A stretch of DNA of 64,000 bases from an uncultured Prevotellaceae bacterium. GTDB taxonomy: Bacteria; Bacteroidota; Bacteroidia; Bacteroidales; Bacteroidaceae. This document shows, in pieces, positions 1 to 8,380 of the stretch; position 1 is the stretch's first letter, and each line of letters starts with the position of its first letter. The notes beneath the pieces are model-generated. The model made no database searches and was not told the DNA's origin. It saw only the letters and a program-made list of their open reading frames with translations. The stretch covers positions 21,373-85,372 of the forward strand of contig ONMR01000002.1 in the NCBI GenBank assembly GCA_900318995.1. Reading direction: 5' to 3'. The position numbers and the translations under genes are program-made.

Positions 1-150
1 TGTTTGGAACCTTCCCGACCATCCGGGTCAGTGGCGTTTATTGCATTCAAAAGGGCTGAATGCTCATCCAAAACTATACCTGAGAAATACAGCAGCGGGA
101 CTGTCCGGGATTCTCACCCGTGTTCCCTATTAAATCTGAATCATCAGATA
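1..150 (-). promoter_or_regulatory. Cobalamin (B12) riboswitch, 5' part only; continues past the left edge of the window
   Basis: The reverse complement reads AGGGAACACGGGTGAGAATCCCGGACAGTCCCGCTGCTGT...GCCACTGACCCGGATGGTCGGGAAGG. This matches the conserved cobalamin-riboswitch core and parallels the complete copy at 47394-47572. The B12 box would lie beyond position 1. Confidence 0.75.
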
Positions 151-165
151 CCCAAATTCCAGATG

Positions 166-173
166 CAAAAGTA
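166..173 (-). promoter_or_regulatory. Bacteroides-type -7 promoter box (TACTTTTG) for the riboswitch-led transcript
   Basis: The minus strand reads TACTTTTG, a perfect match to TAnnTTTG. A TTG lies 19 nt upstream (TTG-N19-TACTTTTG), consistent with a -33 element. Confidence 0.5.
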
Positions 174-216
174 CAACAAATAGACAGTTATACAAAGAAA
201 ACATGAATATAAAAGT

Positions 217-246
217 ATAAAAACTGTCCAAATACTTTCGGACTGT
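217..246 (-). terminator. Rho-independent terminator candidate after the GNAT-like gene
   Basis: The minus strand reads ACAGTCC-GAAAGTATTT-GGACAGT (7-bp stem, one mismatch) followed by TTTTTA, directly after the stop at 250. Confidence 0.45.
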
Positions 247-249
247 CAT

Positions 250-744
250 TTATTGCAGATCTTTTGTCAAAAGTTGATAATATACGCAATCCGAGTCGCG
301 GTAAAACTCTTTTGCACCCCAGCGTTTCCAATACTCATGAGTCTTTAAACAATGTAGTACCGGGATGAATATAAAATCATAATCCGATTTCAGTTCGGGC
401 ATTATCTCTTCCAGCATATCGTAGTTGAGACGAGTGCCGCGGTAATCCTCACGTACAATGAATGAGAACACCGCAGTGTATCGCAAACTGTTGAGTCTGG
501 CCAGCATTTCAGGATGGTCCTTTTTGATTTGGGCGGTCTCCTCCTCAATACGGTAGTCACTCATATTCAGAAGTCCTATCACATCTCCTTTATCATCAAC
601 CGCCTTTACACTCAGAGGCCAGTTGAACTTGAGGGTCCGCACCCACTCCTCCACCTCACGGCGGTCAAATCCGTACTGGCGCACCATCCAGTCTATGGTA
701 AGCGGGGCATCGGCCTCTGTCATTCTGCGCAGGGTGTAAGACAT
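250..744 (-). CDS. GNAT-like acetyltransferase-fold protein (164 aa)
   Basis: Complete ORF. The segment 'FIVREDYRGTRLNYDML' resembles GNAT motif A. It is separated by 5 nt from the upstream DUF2156 gene. Confidence 0.5.
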   Translation of the reverse strand: MSYTLRRMTEADAPLTIDWMVRQYGFDRREVEEWVRTLKFNWPLSVKAVDDKGDVIGLLNMSDYRIEEETAQIKKDHPEMLARLNSLRYTAVFSFIVREDYRGTRLNYDMLEEIMPELKSDYDFIFIPVLHCLKTHEYWKRWGAKEFYRDSDCVYYQLLTKDLQ

Positions 745-749
745 ACCGG

Positions 750-1655
750 TCAGGCGTTGAATGTCACTATATTATAAGTAAGGAGTATCTCAGGATGGTA
801 TGACAGTTTGGCCTTGCGAAGACCCGGCAAACCCATATCCTCCTCCCGGTTCACATATATGAACCGCTCCGGCAGATGTGCGCAGAACTGTTGGTTTATG
901 ATACTGAACGCCCCCTCCACGTTACGGTCGGCCTTCTCAACGCAGACATCGAAAGTATCCCGTGTCACGGCGCTTCCGTAGGTGAACGCCACCATACGGC
1001 CATCCACATAGATGCTGCCGCCTATCATGCCCAACTCATCCCAGTGGCCGAATATGGTCTCCATAACCTGATGCTCGGCCTCAATGGTATCGCCGTACAC
1101 AGGATTGTCATGTTCCTTCTCATCGTTCCATACAGAGAGCACCCCACGGCAATCATCAAAAAGTCCCGGTGTAAGGGGCCGATACTCATAACCGGGATAA
1201 AGCGTAAGGAAATGGTTCACGTGATTGCGCTTTCCCTTGAGTTTGCCGCCCTGAAGCGTTGCCAGATCCGCACGATGGTAGATATAGTCATATTGGTCAC
1301 GCTGTGACTCCACACCTATGTTTATACCCTTACAGCAGGCGTTCTGCTGCAACTGCAGTGCCGCCTCATCCTCCAGCCCCAGCAGTATCAGACGGCCATT
1401 ACTGTCCTCGCAAAGAGCCTGCAGCAGATCACAGCCTGGCGTCCCCTGCATGCAGAGCATATAAGCCCGCTCACCCTCCATACTGAACCGCAGCACCACC
1501 GCATCGGCCAGCACGCAGACCTCGGTCCCGAACCAGGCCTGCCAACCCACCAGATTGGCAAAGTTAAAGTTGCAGTTACGCCGCCCGGCACTCAGGCTCA
1601 CCGTCTGCACCCTCTCGCGGTCTGCTACAGAAAGTGTATGGAATTCCAGTTTCAT
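750..1655 (-). CDS. DUF2156 family protein (MprF/LysX C-terminal-like, tandem GNAT/FemX-like fold)
   Basis: 301-aa ORF. The N-terminal pattern 'NCNFNFANLVGWQAWF' and the length are typical of the Bacteroidales DUF2156 family. Confidence 0.6.
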   Translation of the reverse strand: MKLEFHTLSVADRERVQTVSLSAGRRNCNFNFANLVGWQAWFGTEVCVLADAVVLRFSMEGERAYMLCMQGTPGCDLLQALCEDSNGRLILLGLEDEAALQLQQNACCKGINIGVESQRDQYDYIYHRADLATLQGGKLKGKRNHVNHFLTLYPGYEYRPLTPGLFDDCRGVLSVWNDEKEHDNPVYGDTIEAEHQVMETIFGHWDELGMIGGSIYVDGRMVAFTYGSAVTRDTFDVCVEKADRNVEGAFSIINQQFCAHLPERFIYVNREEDMGLPGLRKAKLSYHPEILLTYNIVTFNA

Positions 1656-1666
1656 GCTTATAAGGT

Positions 1667-2263
1667 TTATCCTACAAAGGAGTAGAACAGTCCGCCAAAG
1701 AGTCCTGCCATAAGGATTACCTTGATGGGACCTATCTTCCAGAAGTAGGTGGCAATGAATGCCAGGATAAAGAGACCGATGCTTACGTAGAGCTGGAGGT
1801 TTGCAGCACTGAATGTGCCTAAGTTCTCCTCATTGAGCAGGAGCAGCACTGCGGCGGCAAGCATTCCCACCACCACGGGACGCAGCCACTTTAGTACGGT
1901 CTGAACGGACTTGTGGGTCTTGTAGTGCATGAAGAAGGCGCTTATCAGGAGCATAAGGATGAATGACGGTAGCATGACCGAGAACGATGCCAGCAGTGAT
2001 CCGCACACGGCCTCAGTTCGCGTCATCCCGGCATTCTCAATGGCCTTGAATCCCACGTATGTGGCCGAGTTTATGCCTATCGGACCCGGAGTCATCTGAC
2101 TTACGGCTACGATATCGGTAAACTCTGAATTTGAAATCCACTGCTGTTTCTCAACCACCTCATTCTGTATCAGCGAGAGCATGCCGTAGCCTCCGCCAAA
2201 CCCGAACAGACCTATCTTGAAGAAGGTCCAGAACAGTTTCATCCAGATAACAATGCCGTTCAT
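1667..2263 (-). CDS. chrA: Chromate transporter family protein (ChrA half-size, C-terminal partner)
   Basis: 198 aa and multi-TM. The motif 'FGFGGGYGMLSLIQNEVV' is characteristic of the CHR family. It overlaps the upstream partner by 4 nt. Confidence 0.8.
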   Translation of the reverse strand: MNGIVIWMKLFWTFFKIGLFGFGGGYGMLSLIQNEVVEKQQWISNSEFTDIVAVSQMTPGPIGINSATYVGFKAIENAGMTRTEAVCGSLLASFSVMLPSFILMLLISAFFMHYKTHKSVQTVLKWLRPVVVGMLAAAVLLLLNEENLGTFSAANLQLYVSIGLFILAFIATYFWKIGPIKVILMAGLFGGLFYSFVG

Positions 2264-2796
2264 GCCTTCCTGAGTTTAAGTATGTAATACAGGATTGCGC
2301 CCACAATGGCCGCCAGTATGATCCATACCGGCGATACACCTATCCACCAGATTAGCAGCGCAGTAACAACCGGCACCCACCATGCCCACTTGTTCAGCCC
2401 TGCTTTAGATGCAAGTCTTATTGTGGGGGTAAGTATCAGCGCAATAACCGCCGGACGGATGCCTTTAAAGACATTCTCCACAATCCGGTTGTCGCGGTAA
2501 TTACCCAGGAACAGGGCTATGGCCAGGATGATGATTATGGAGGGCAGAACGGTGCCCAAGGCGCAGAATATGCTACCAACGGACTTACGCATCCTGTAGC
2601 CTATGAATATGGATATATTTACAGCAAAGACTCCCGGGGCAGACTGGGCAATGGCCAGCAAGTCCAGGAAGTCTTCACGTGAAATCCAGCCCTTGCGCTC
2701 CACCACCTCACGCTCTATGAGCGGAATCATAGCGTAACCTCCACCGATGGTGAAGAGTCCGATCTTGAAGAAGGTGATGAAAAGGGTCAGCAGCAT
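2260..2796 (-). CDS. chrA: Chromate transporter family protein (ChrA half-size, N-terminal partner)
   Basis: 178 aa. It carries the motif 'FTIGGGYAMIPLIEREVV' and forms a split pair with 1667-2263. Confidence 0.8.
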   Translation of the reverse strand: MLLTLFITFFKIGLFTIGGGYAMIPLIEREVVERKGWISREDFLDLLAIAQSAPGVFAVNISIFIGYRMRKSVGSIFCALGTVLPSIIIILAIALFLGNYRDNRIVENVFKGIRPAVIALILTPTIRLASKAGLNKWAWWVPVVTALLIWWIGVSPVWIILAAIVGAILYYILKLRKA

Positions 2797-2799
2797 ATC

Positions 2800-5700
2800 T
2801 TACTTTTGAGCCTCAACCCACTTGCGGGCATTCACGAATGCCTCAATCCACGGGGTAATCTCATCATCCTGGCGCTCGGCAGGATAGTATCCGCACTGCC
2901 ACGGGAATATGGCGCGCTCGGGATGCGGCATCATGGCTACGTGACGGCCGTCGGCACTTGCTATACCGGCCACGTTGTAGTCCGATCCGTTGGGATTGGC
3001 GGGATAATCGGCATAGGTGTATTTGGCTATCACATTGTACTTATCCTCGGGGTAAGGCAGTGAGAACTTGCCCTCACCGTGAGCCACCCACACGCCCAGA
3101 CGGCTTCCGCCCAGAGTCTTGAACATTACGCTCTCGTTCTGAGGTATTGTCAGGCCCAGGAATGCCGACTCAAACTTGTGCGAGTCATTATGCAGCATGT
3201 GAGCCTGCTTCTCATAATCGGGATTGATAAGTCCCAACTCAATCATCAGCTGGCAACCATTGCAGATACCCAGTGACAGAGTGTCCTTACGTGCATAGAA
3301 GCGGTCCAGTGTCTCCTTGGCCTTGGGGTTGAACAGGAACGCACCGGCCCAACCCTTGGCAGAACCAAGAACATCAGAGTTGGAGAATCCGCCGCAGAAC
3401 ACAATCATGTTGATATCATCCAGAGTCTCACGGCCGCTTACCAGATCGGTCATGGTTACATCCTTAACATCGAATCCGGCCAGCCACAGGGTGTAAGCCA
3501 TCTCACGCTCACCGTTGGTACCCTTTTCACGAATGATTGCAGCCTTCACGCCACTCGGTGTGCGACGGTCGGGATCCAGACCGAACTGGCTCAGCTTGCC
3601 TGTAAAGTTGTAGGCAATCTTGATGTCCATTGGCTGCTTGGAGTAGTTCTTGTAGCGCTTGTCGGCACAGCCGTTCATAGACTGCTTGCGGTCCAGCAGA
3701 TATGATGTCTTGTACCAGAGGTCACGCATCTTGTCTATATCAATGGTTATGTCCTTCTTGCCGCGACGTATGTAGAGTGTGCGTGCATCGGCCGGACGAC
3801 CAATCACTGCATAGCCAACACCTGCCTCGTCAAGATATGAACTTACGGCATCCAGTTTCTTGCTCTCCACCTGGAGCACAACGCCCGGGTTCTCTGCAAA
3901 CAGCATGCTTGTAAGGTCCTTGCCTGTCAGCTTGTCCAGACTAACCTCCAGACCGCCCTGAGGATTGGCAAAGCACATCTCAAGCAGTGTTACCACCAGA
4001 CCGCCGGCCGATATATCATGACCGGCCAGAACCTGACGCTTGTCAATGAGTTTCTGAACGGCGTTGAATGCATCGGCAAAATACTCGGGGTTCTTTACAG
4101 TGGGAACGTCACTGCCTATACGGTCAAGTGACTGAGCCAGTGCCGAACCACCCAGACGTTGCTCATCAAAACTGAAGTCTATATGAATGAGAACGCTGTC
4201 CTTGCGGTCTGCAAGCACAGGTGATACCACCTTGCGTATATCTGATACCTCACCGCCCGATGAAACTATCACGGTACCCGGGCTGATTATCTTGCTGCCG
4301 TCGGGGTACTTCTGGGTCATGGAGAGTGAGTCCTTACCGGTGGGAACGTTGATGCCAAGTTCAAGGCAGAAGTCCGACAGAGCCTTGACGCCCTGATACA
4401 GACGTGCATCCTCACCCTTCTGTGAGCGGCAGGGCCACATCCAGTTGGCAGAGAGCGATACGGTCTTGAGTCCCTGTGCCAGAGGAGCAAACACGATGTT
4501 TGTCAGTGACTCGGCAACAGACAGGACTGAGCCTGCGGCGGGATTTGCCAGACCGGCCTGCGGAGCATGACCGATGGCGGTTGCTATACCCTTCTTGCCA
4601 CGGTAGTCAAGAGCAACTACACCGCAGTCAGAGAGCGGCAGCTGCAACTTACCCTGGCACTGCTGGCGTGCAATCTTACCTGTTACGGAGCGGTCAACCT
4701 TATTGGTGAGCCAGTCCTTACATGCCACAGCCTCCAGCTGAAGCACGTTACCCAGGTACTCCTCTATCTTATCATCACTGTATGTTACATTCTCATATTT
4801 GCGCTCTACTGTCTCGTCAACCATATAGGTCTTGGGCGATGAACCGAACATCTGGCTCACTGCCAGGTCAAACGGACGCACACCATCAGCCTGCTCAAAG
4901 GCAAAGCGGGCATCGCCGGTGGTCTCACCAACCACGTACATCGGGGCGCGCTCACGCTCGGCAATCTTGCGCACATGCTCAATATGCTTCTCGTCAATCA
5001 GAAGTCCCATACGCTCCTGTGACTCGTTGGCTATAATCTCCTTTGATGAAAGGGTCTTGTCACCAACCGGCAGCTTGCTCATGTCAATCAGACCGCCACA
5101 CTCCTCAACCAGCTCGGACAGGCAGTTCACGTGTCCGGCCGATCCGTGATCGTGAATTGAAACTATGGGGTTGGTATCCTCCTCGCACAGAGCGCGCGTC
5201 ACGTTGTAGGCACGTTTCTGCATCTCGGCGTTGGCACGCTGTACGGCGTTCAGCTCAATACCAGATGAATAACGTCCGGTCTCAACCGATGAAACAGAAC
5301 CGCCGCCAAGACCGATGCGGTAGTTGTCACCGCCCAGCACCACAATCTTGTTGCCCTTCTTGGGTGTTCCCTTGATGCAGTCGCGCTTGGTGCCGTAACC
5401 CACGCCGCCGGCCAGCATGATTACCTTGTCGTAACCGTACTGTTCGCCGTTCTCCTGATGCTCAAAGGTAAGCAGCGATCCGCAGATAAGCGGCTGACCG
5501 AACTTGTTGCCAAAGTCCGATGCACCGTTAGATGCCTTGATCAGGATCTGCTCAGGAGTCTGATAGAGCCACTTGCGCTCTTTCATGGGCTTTTCCCATG
5601 TACGGCTCTCATCATTGCGGGGATATGATGTCATATAGACTGCTGTACCTGCTATAGGCCATGAACCTGTACCGCCACCCATACGGTCGCGGATCTCACC

Positions 5701-6498
5701 GCCGGTACCGGTCGATGCGCCGTTGAACGGCTCAACCGTGGTGGGGAAGTTATGTGTCTCGGCCTTGAGTGATATTACGGTCTCTATGTTCTTGATTATA
5801 AACCAGTCTGATGTGGAGTGATCGGCAGGAGCGAACTGCTCTACAACCGGGCCCTGAGCGAATGCCACGTTGTCCTTGTAGGCCGAAATGATGCGGTTGG
5901 GGTTCTCCTGAGTAGTCTTCTTGATAAGGCTGAACAGTGATGACTCCATCTCCTTGCCGTCAATAATGAACTTTCCGCCGAATATCTTGTGGCGGCAGTG
6001 CTCCGAGTTGATCTGTGCAAATCCGAACACCTCGCTGTCAGTCAGCTTGCGGCCCAGCTCGCCCTCTACCTTGTGCAGGTAATCAATCTCCTCCTTGGAT
6101 AGTGCCAAGCCCTCCTGCTCGTTGTATGAGTCCAGGTCATCGATAAACAGGATAGGCTGCGGCTTGATATCAACGGTGAAAATCTTCTGGTCAAGACCCT
6201 TGTACAGGCGCTGCAGCATGGGGTCGTAGTCGGCATCGGCATTGGCTACCGGGAAATATTCCTCTATACGGCTTATGCCCTTGAGTCCCATGTTCTGGGT
6301 AATCTCAACGGCGTTGGTGCTCCAGGGGGTAATCATCTCACGGCGCGGTCCCACAAAGAAACCTTCCAGTGATTCCTGATCCAGAGCGGTGGCATTTCCA
6401 TAAAGCCAGCTCAGTTTCTTAACATCCTCTGCCTGCAGTTTTGAAGCAGTCTCAGTGGCAACAATCGTGCCCGTAGGGTTCTTGAAAAAGATAATCAT
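2800..6498 (-). CDS. purL: Phosphoribosylformylglycinamidine (FGAM) synthase, large single-chain type
   Basis: About 1232 aa, with FGAM synthetase, AIR-synthase-like and C-terminal glutaminase ('GICNGCQ', 'HPE') regions. I place the start at ATG 6498 ('MIIFFKNPTG'), because a TAATTTTG -7 box at 6522-6529 lies downstream of the track's 6555 start. Confidence 0.95.
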   Translation of the reverse strand: MIIFFKNPTGTIVATETASKLQAEDVKKLSWLYGNATALDQESLEGFFVGPRREMITPWSTNAVEITQNMGLKGISRIEEYFPVANADADYDPMLQRLYKGLDQKIFTVDIKPQPILFIDDLDSYNEQEGLALSKEEIDYLHKVEGELGRKLTDSEVFGFAQINSEHCRHKIFGGKFIIDGKEMESSLFSLIKKTTQENPNRIISAYKDNVAFAQGPVVEQFAPADHSTSDWFIIKNIETVISLKAETHNFPTTVEPFNGASTGTGGEIRDRMGGGTGSWPIAGTAVYMTSYPRNDESRTWEKPMKERKWLYQTPEQILIKASNGASDFGNKFGQPLICGSLLTFEHQENGEQYGYDKVIMLAGGVGYGTKRDCIKGTPKKGNKIVVLGGDNYRIGLGGGSVSSVETGRYSSGIELNAVQRANAEMQKRAYNVTRALCEEDTNPIVSIHDHGSAGHVNCLSELVEECGGLIDMSKLPVGDKTLSSKEIIANESQERMGLLIDEKHIEHVRKIAERERAPMYVVGETTGDARFAFEQADGVRPFDLAVSQMFGSSPKTYMVDETVERKYENVTYSDDKIEEYLGNVLQLEAVACKDWLTNKVDRSVTGKIARQQCQGKLQLPLSDCGVVALDYRGKKGIATAIGHAPQAGLANPAAGSVLSVAESLTNIVFAPLAQGLKTVSLSANWMWPCRSQKGEDARLYQGVKALSDFCLELGINVPTGKDSLSMTQKYPDGSKIISPGTVIVSSGGEVSDIRKVVSPVLADRKDSVLIHIDFSFDEQRLGGSALAQSLDRIGSDVPTVKNPEYFADAFNAVQKLIDKRQVLAGHDISAGGLVVTLLEMCFANPQGGLEVSLDKLTGKDLTSMLFAENPGVVLQVESKKLDAVSSYLDEAGVGYAVIGRPADARTLYIRRGKKDITIDIDKMRDLWYKTSYLLDRKQSMNGCADKRYKNYSKQPMDIKIAYNFTGKLSQFGLDPDRRTPSGVKAAIIREKGTNGEREMAYTLWLAGFDVKDVTMTDLVSGRETLDDINMIVFCGGFSNSDVLGSAKGWAGAFLFNPKAKETLDRFYARKDTLSLGICNGCQLMIELGLINPDYEKQAHMLHNDSHKFESAFLGLTIPQNESVMFKTLGGSRLGVWVAHGEGKFSLPYPEDKYNVIAKYTYADYPANPNGSDYNVAGIASADGRHVAMMPHPERAIFPWQCGYYPAERQDDEITPWIEAFVNARKWVEAQK

Positions 6499-6521
6499 TT
6501 CAGTTACAAAATTTTGATGTG

Positions 6522-6529
6522 CAAAATTA
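6522..6529 (-). promoter_or_regulatory. -7 promoter box (TAATTTTG) for purL
   Basis: Perfect TAnnTTTG on the minus strand, about 24 nt upstream of ATG 6498. Confidence 0.5.
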
Positions 6530-6591
6530 GTCATTTCCCTACACTTTTCAGCCACAGGTCTCTTCTATTTATCAACATATTTGGAAGCACC

Positions 6592-6782
6592 GCCGGACTA
6601 TGGGATTGGAGACCAGCAGCTACGGACTACTCCGAGTCTTTCCGGACCCTAAACGGCAAACTCCTCCATCATAGCCACCTACGGCGTCTATTCGTCGTCA
6701 GACAAGTGCCGTTTTTAACGGGATCCTCCAAGCCTCTCCGCTATACGTCCTCCGCAAATGGTCTCCAATCCCATAGCCCGGC
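6592..6782 (-). ncRNA. Candidate ~190-nt rod-like structured RNA (6S/SsrS-like)
   Basis: A 22-23-bp terminal helix pairs 6593-6614 with 6760-6781. Nested helices follow: GGAUCC/GGGUCC (6721-6726 with 6644-6649) and AAACGGCA/UGCCGUUU (6707-6714 with 6651-6658). Two positions are G.U on the minus strand but A-C mismatches on the plus strand, which favours a minus-strand transcript. The 96-aa ORF on the track here is implausible. Confidence 0.5.
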
Positions 6783-6812
6783 TCCTGCAACTGGAAGAAA
6801 ATAGATATCTTT

Positions 6813-7565
6813 TTATTTTGTCCAACGGATTCTGTATATGAATCCCGGTTCCGGATCTACTATTACGTATTGATATTGTTTATAATCGGATTCAAACGGT
6901 ACAGAATCGATATATGTCCAGTTGGAGTCAACCTCGGAGCTAATCTGTTTACGCTCAAATATCGCTTTTTCTTTATACCCGTTTGGCTTATATGAAAGCA
7001 GCACCTTATATTGCATAATCTTTATCGGTGTATCCAAACGAGTGGAAATATAAGGTTCCGCCTTACCGTCATAATCATCATTATCGGTTCTGATATGTAA
7101 GACAGTGCTCTCATTATAAGTCAACGGAGTTTTAAATTGGATCTTACATGTATCCCAAGAATCCGGGTCATTTGAATTTGAAATATTTCCAAGTATTTGA
7201 CTGTTGGAGGATAGCTTAGGTGCTTTTGAACCGCTCCATTTGAACTTATAGTCAATGTGAGTCAACAAAACACGTTTACTCTGAATCAGTCTGTACATCT
7301 CAAAAACTGACTTCTGTCCATCATCTGAACGAAACTCATAAAAAGATGAAATTCTCTGATACGGTTCAGGATAGTTCTGCTTTATCAGTTTTGACAAAGT
7401 AATACAGACTCCCGCCAATATGGTAAGAAGTACCAAACAAAATGAAATAAGAGCCACAGTGACAGCCTTGCCGTCAGAAAGAAAAACTATTAAAAGTCCA
7501 ATGATAGAAGATAATGAGGCACAAGCAGTCACCCATTTCCAAATATTGCCAAGGATCGGTTTCAT
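6813..7565 (-). CDS. Hypothetical membrane protein (two N-terminal TM helices plus ~170-aa beta-rich soluble domain), in an AT-rich islet
   Basis: Complete 250-aa ORF. Hydrophobic segments are 'VTACASLSSIIGLLIVFL' and 'VALISFCLVLLTILAGVCITL'. I recognise no family motif. Local GC is visibly lower than the flanks. Confidence 0.6.
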   Translation of the reverse strand: MKPILGNIWKWVTACASLSSIIGLLIVFLSDGKAVTVALISFCLVLLTILAGVCITLSKLIKQNYPEPYQRISSFYEFRSDDGQKSVFEMYRLIQSKRVLLTHIDYKFKWSGSKAPKLSSNSQILGNISNSNDPDSWDTCKIQFKTPLTYNESTVLHIRTDNDDYDGKAEPYISTRLDTPIKIMQYKVLLSYKPNGYKEKAIFERKQISSEVDSNWTYIDSVPFESDYKQYQYVIVDPEPGFIYRIRWTK

Positions 7566-7862
7566 GATATTAAAACGTATGTGTTGATATTTTACGCGTC
7601 AGTTCCCATTATTTACTGTTCTAAAACGTTAAACAATTATATTATAGTCGATATCTACCGATGCAAAGTTAACTACATAATTCCATTTCTACAAGTCGGT
7701 CTGTTATTTTATCTTGATTTAGTAAAACAATACTCGCATTGCTCAATGAAGCGTGCTGCCACCTCACCCGTTAGCACTGGGATGTTTATTACATGTCTTC
7801 TTGTGCAAATTCTAATACGACTTTTACACGAAAAATCATCTAAAAAACCATCCCTAATTGCT

Positions 7863-7870
7863 TATCTTTG
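7863..7870 (+). promoter_or_regulatory. -7 promoter box (TATCTTTG) for the exonuclease gene
   Basis: Perfect TAnnTTTG, 19 nt upstream of ATG 7889. Confidence 0.5.
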
Positions 7871-7888
7871 CCTCTGATTAATGCAGCG

Positions 7889-8380
7889 ATGAAGGATTTT
7901 GCAGCAATAGATTTTGAGACGGCTAACAGTGAGCGGAGTTCGGTTTGCTCGGTGGGTGTGGTGATTGTGCGCGGTGGTGAGATTGTGGACTCGTTCTACT
8001 CACTCATTAAGCCGGAGCCGGATTATTATAACTATTGGTGCCAGCGGGTTCATGGATTATGCAGCCGCGATACGGACGGAGCACCGGTATTTCCCGATGT
8101 CTGGGCCAAGATTGAGCCGATGATTAAGGGGCTACCGCTCGTGGCGCACAACAGCCCGTTTGATGAAGGTTGCCTCAAGGCTGTGTTCCGCACATATCAG
8201 ATGGATTATCCCGATTATGAATTCTACGATACACTATGCTGCTCACGCAGGAAACTGCCATCGTTAGCAAACCATCAGCTTCAGACGGTTGCCGCCGCTT
8301 GCGGTTATCAGTTGGAGAATCATCACCACGCACTGGCCGATGCCGAGGCCTGCGCCTGGATAGCACGGGAAATCCTGTAA
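7889..8380 (+). CDS. DEDD-type 3'-5' exonuclease (DnaQ/epsilon-like, standalone)
   Basis: 'FAAIDFETAN' (Exo I), 'LVAHNSPFDEGCL' (Exo II) and 'HHALADAEAC' (Exo III, DEDDh). The start is moved to ATG 7889, downstream of the -7 box. Confidence 0.85.
   Translation: MKDFAAIDFETANSERSSVCSVGVVIVRGGEIVDSFYSLIKPEPDYYNYWCQRVHGLCSRDTDGAPVFPDVWAKIEPMIKGLPLVAHNSPFDEGCLKAVFRTYQMDYPDYEFYDTLCCSRRKLPSLANHQLQTVAAACGYQLENHHHALADAEACAWIAREIL

Noticed and set aside
1667-2796. The split chrA genes as a frameshifted pseudogene
   Set aside because: Both halves have their own start, each carries a complete CHR-family motif (GGGY(A/G)M), and they overlap by 4 nt. This matches the known two-gene short-chain CHR arrangement rather than a disrupted gene.
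2800-6555. N-terminal extensions given by the ORF track for purL (6555), gdhA (28287), the epimerase gene (32467), pepC (35881), the exonuclease gene (7868) and the AAA ATPase gene (21636)
   Set aside because: In each case a perfect TAnnTTTG -7 box, a signal peptide or a canonical family N-terminus indicates a downstream ATG. The extensions would start upstream of, or within, the promoter.
6499-6782. The idea that the structured element is a purine-pathway riboswitch or leader (ZTP/pfl, purine, PRPP) controlling purL
   Set aside because: I cannot find the conserved ZTP (GGGUCGUGAC...CCGCCUGGGCA-like) or purine-riboswitch cores. A perfect -7 promoter box for purL lies downstream of the element, so it is probably not in the purL mRNA. 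This is not fully excluded without TSS data.
6514-6804. 96-aa ORF on the + strand covering the purL upstream region
   Set aside because: It coincides exactly with the long-range base-paired element. It has no start context, and its translation is Pro/Ser/Arg-rich nonsense. A structured RNA on the opposite strand explains it better.
7581-7877. 98-aa ORF in the AT-rich spacer upstream of the exonuclease gene
   Set aside because: It is an AT-rich region with a low-complexity Ile/Leu/Tyr-rich translation. It overlaps the exonuclease promoter and has no recognisable motif. It is most likely a chance ORF.
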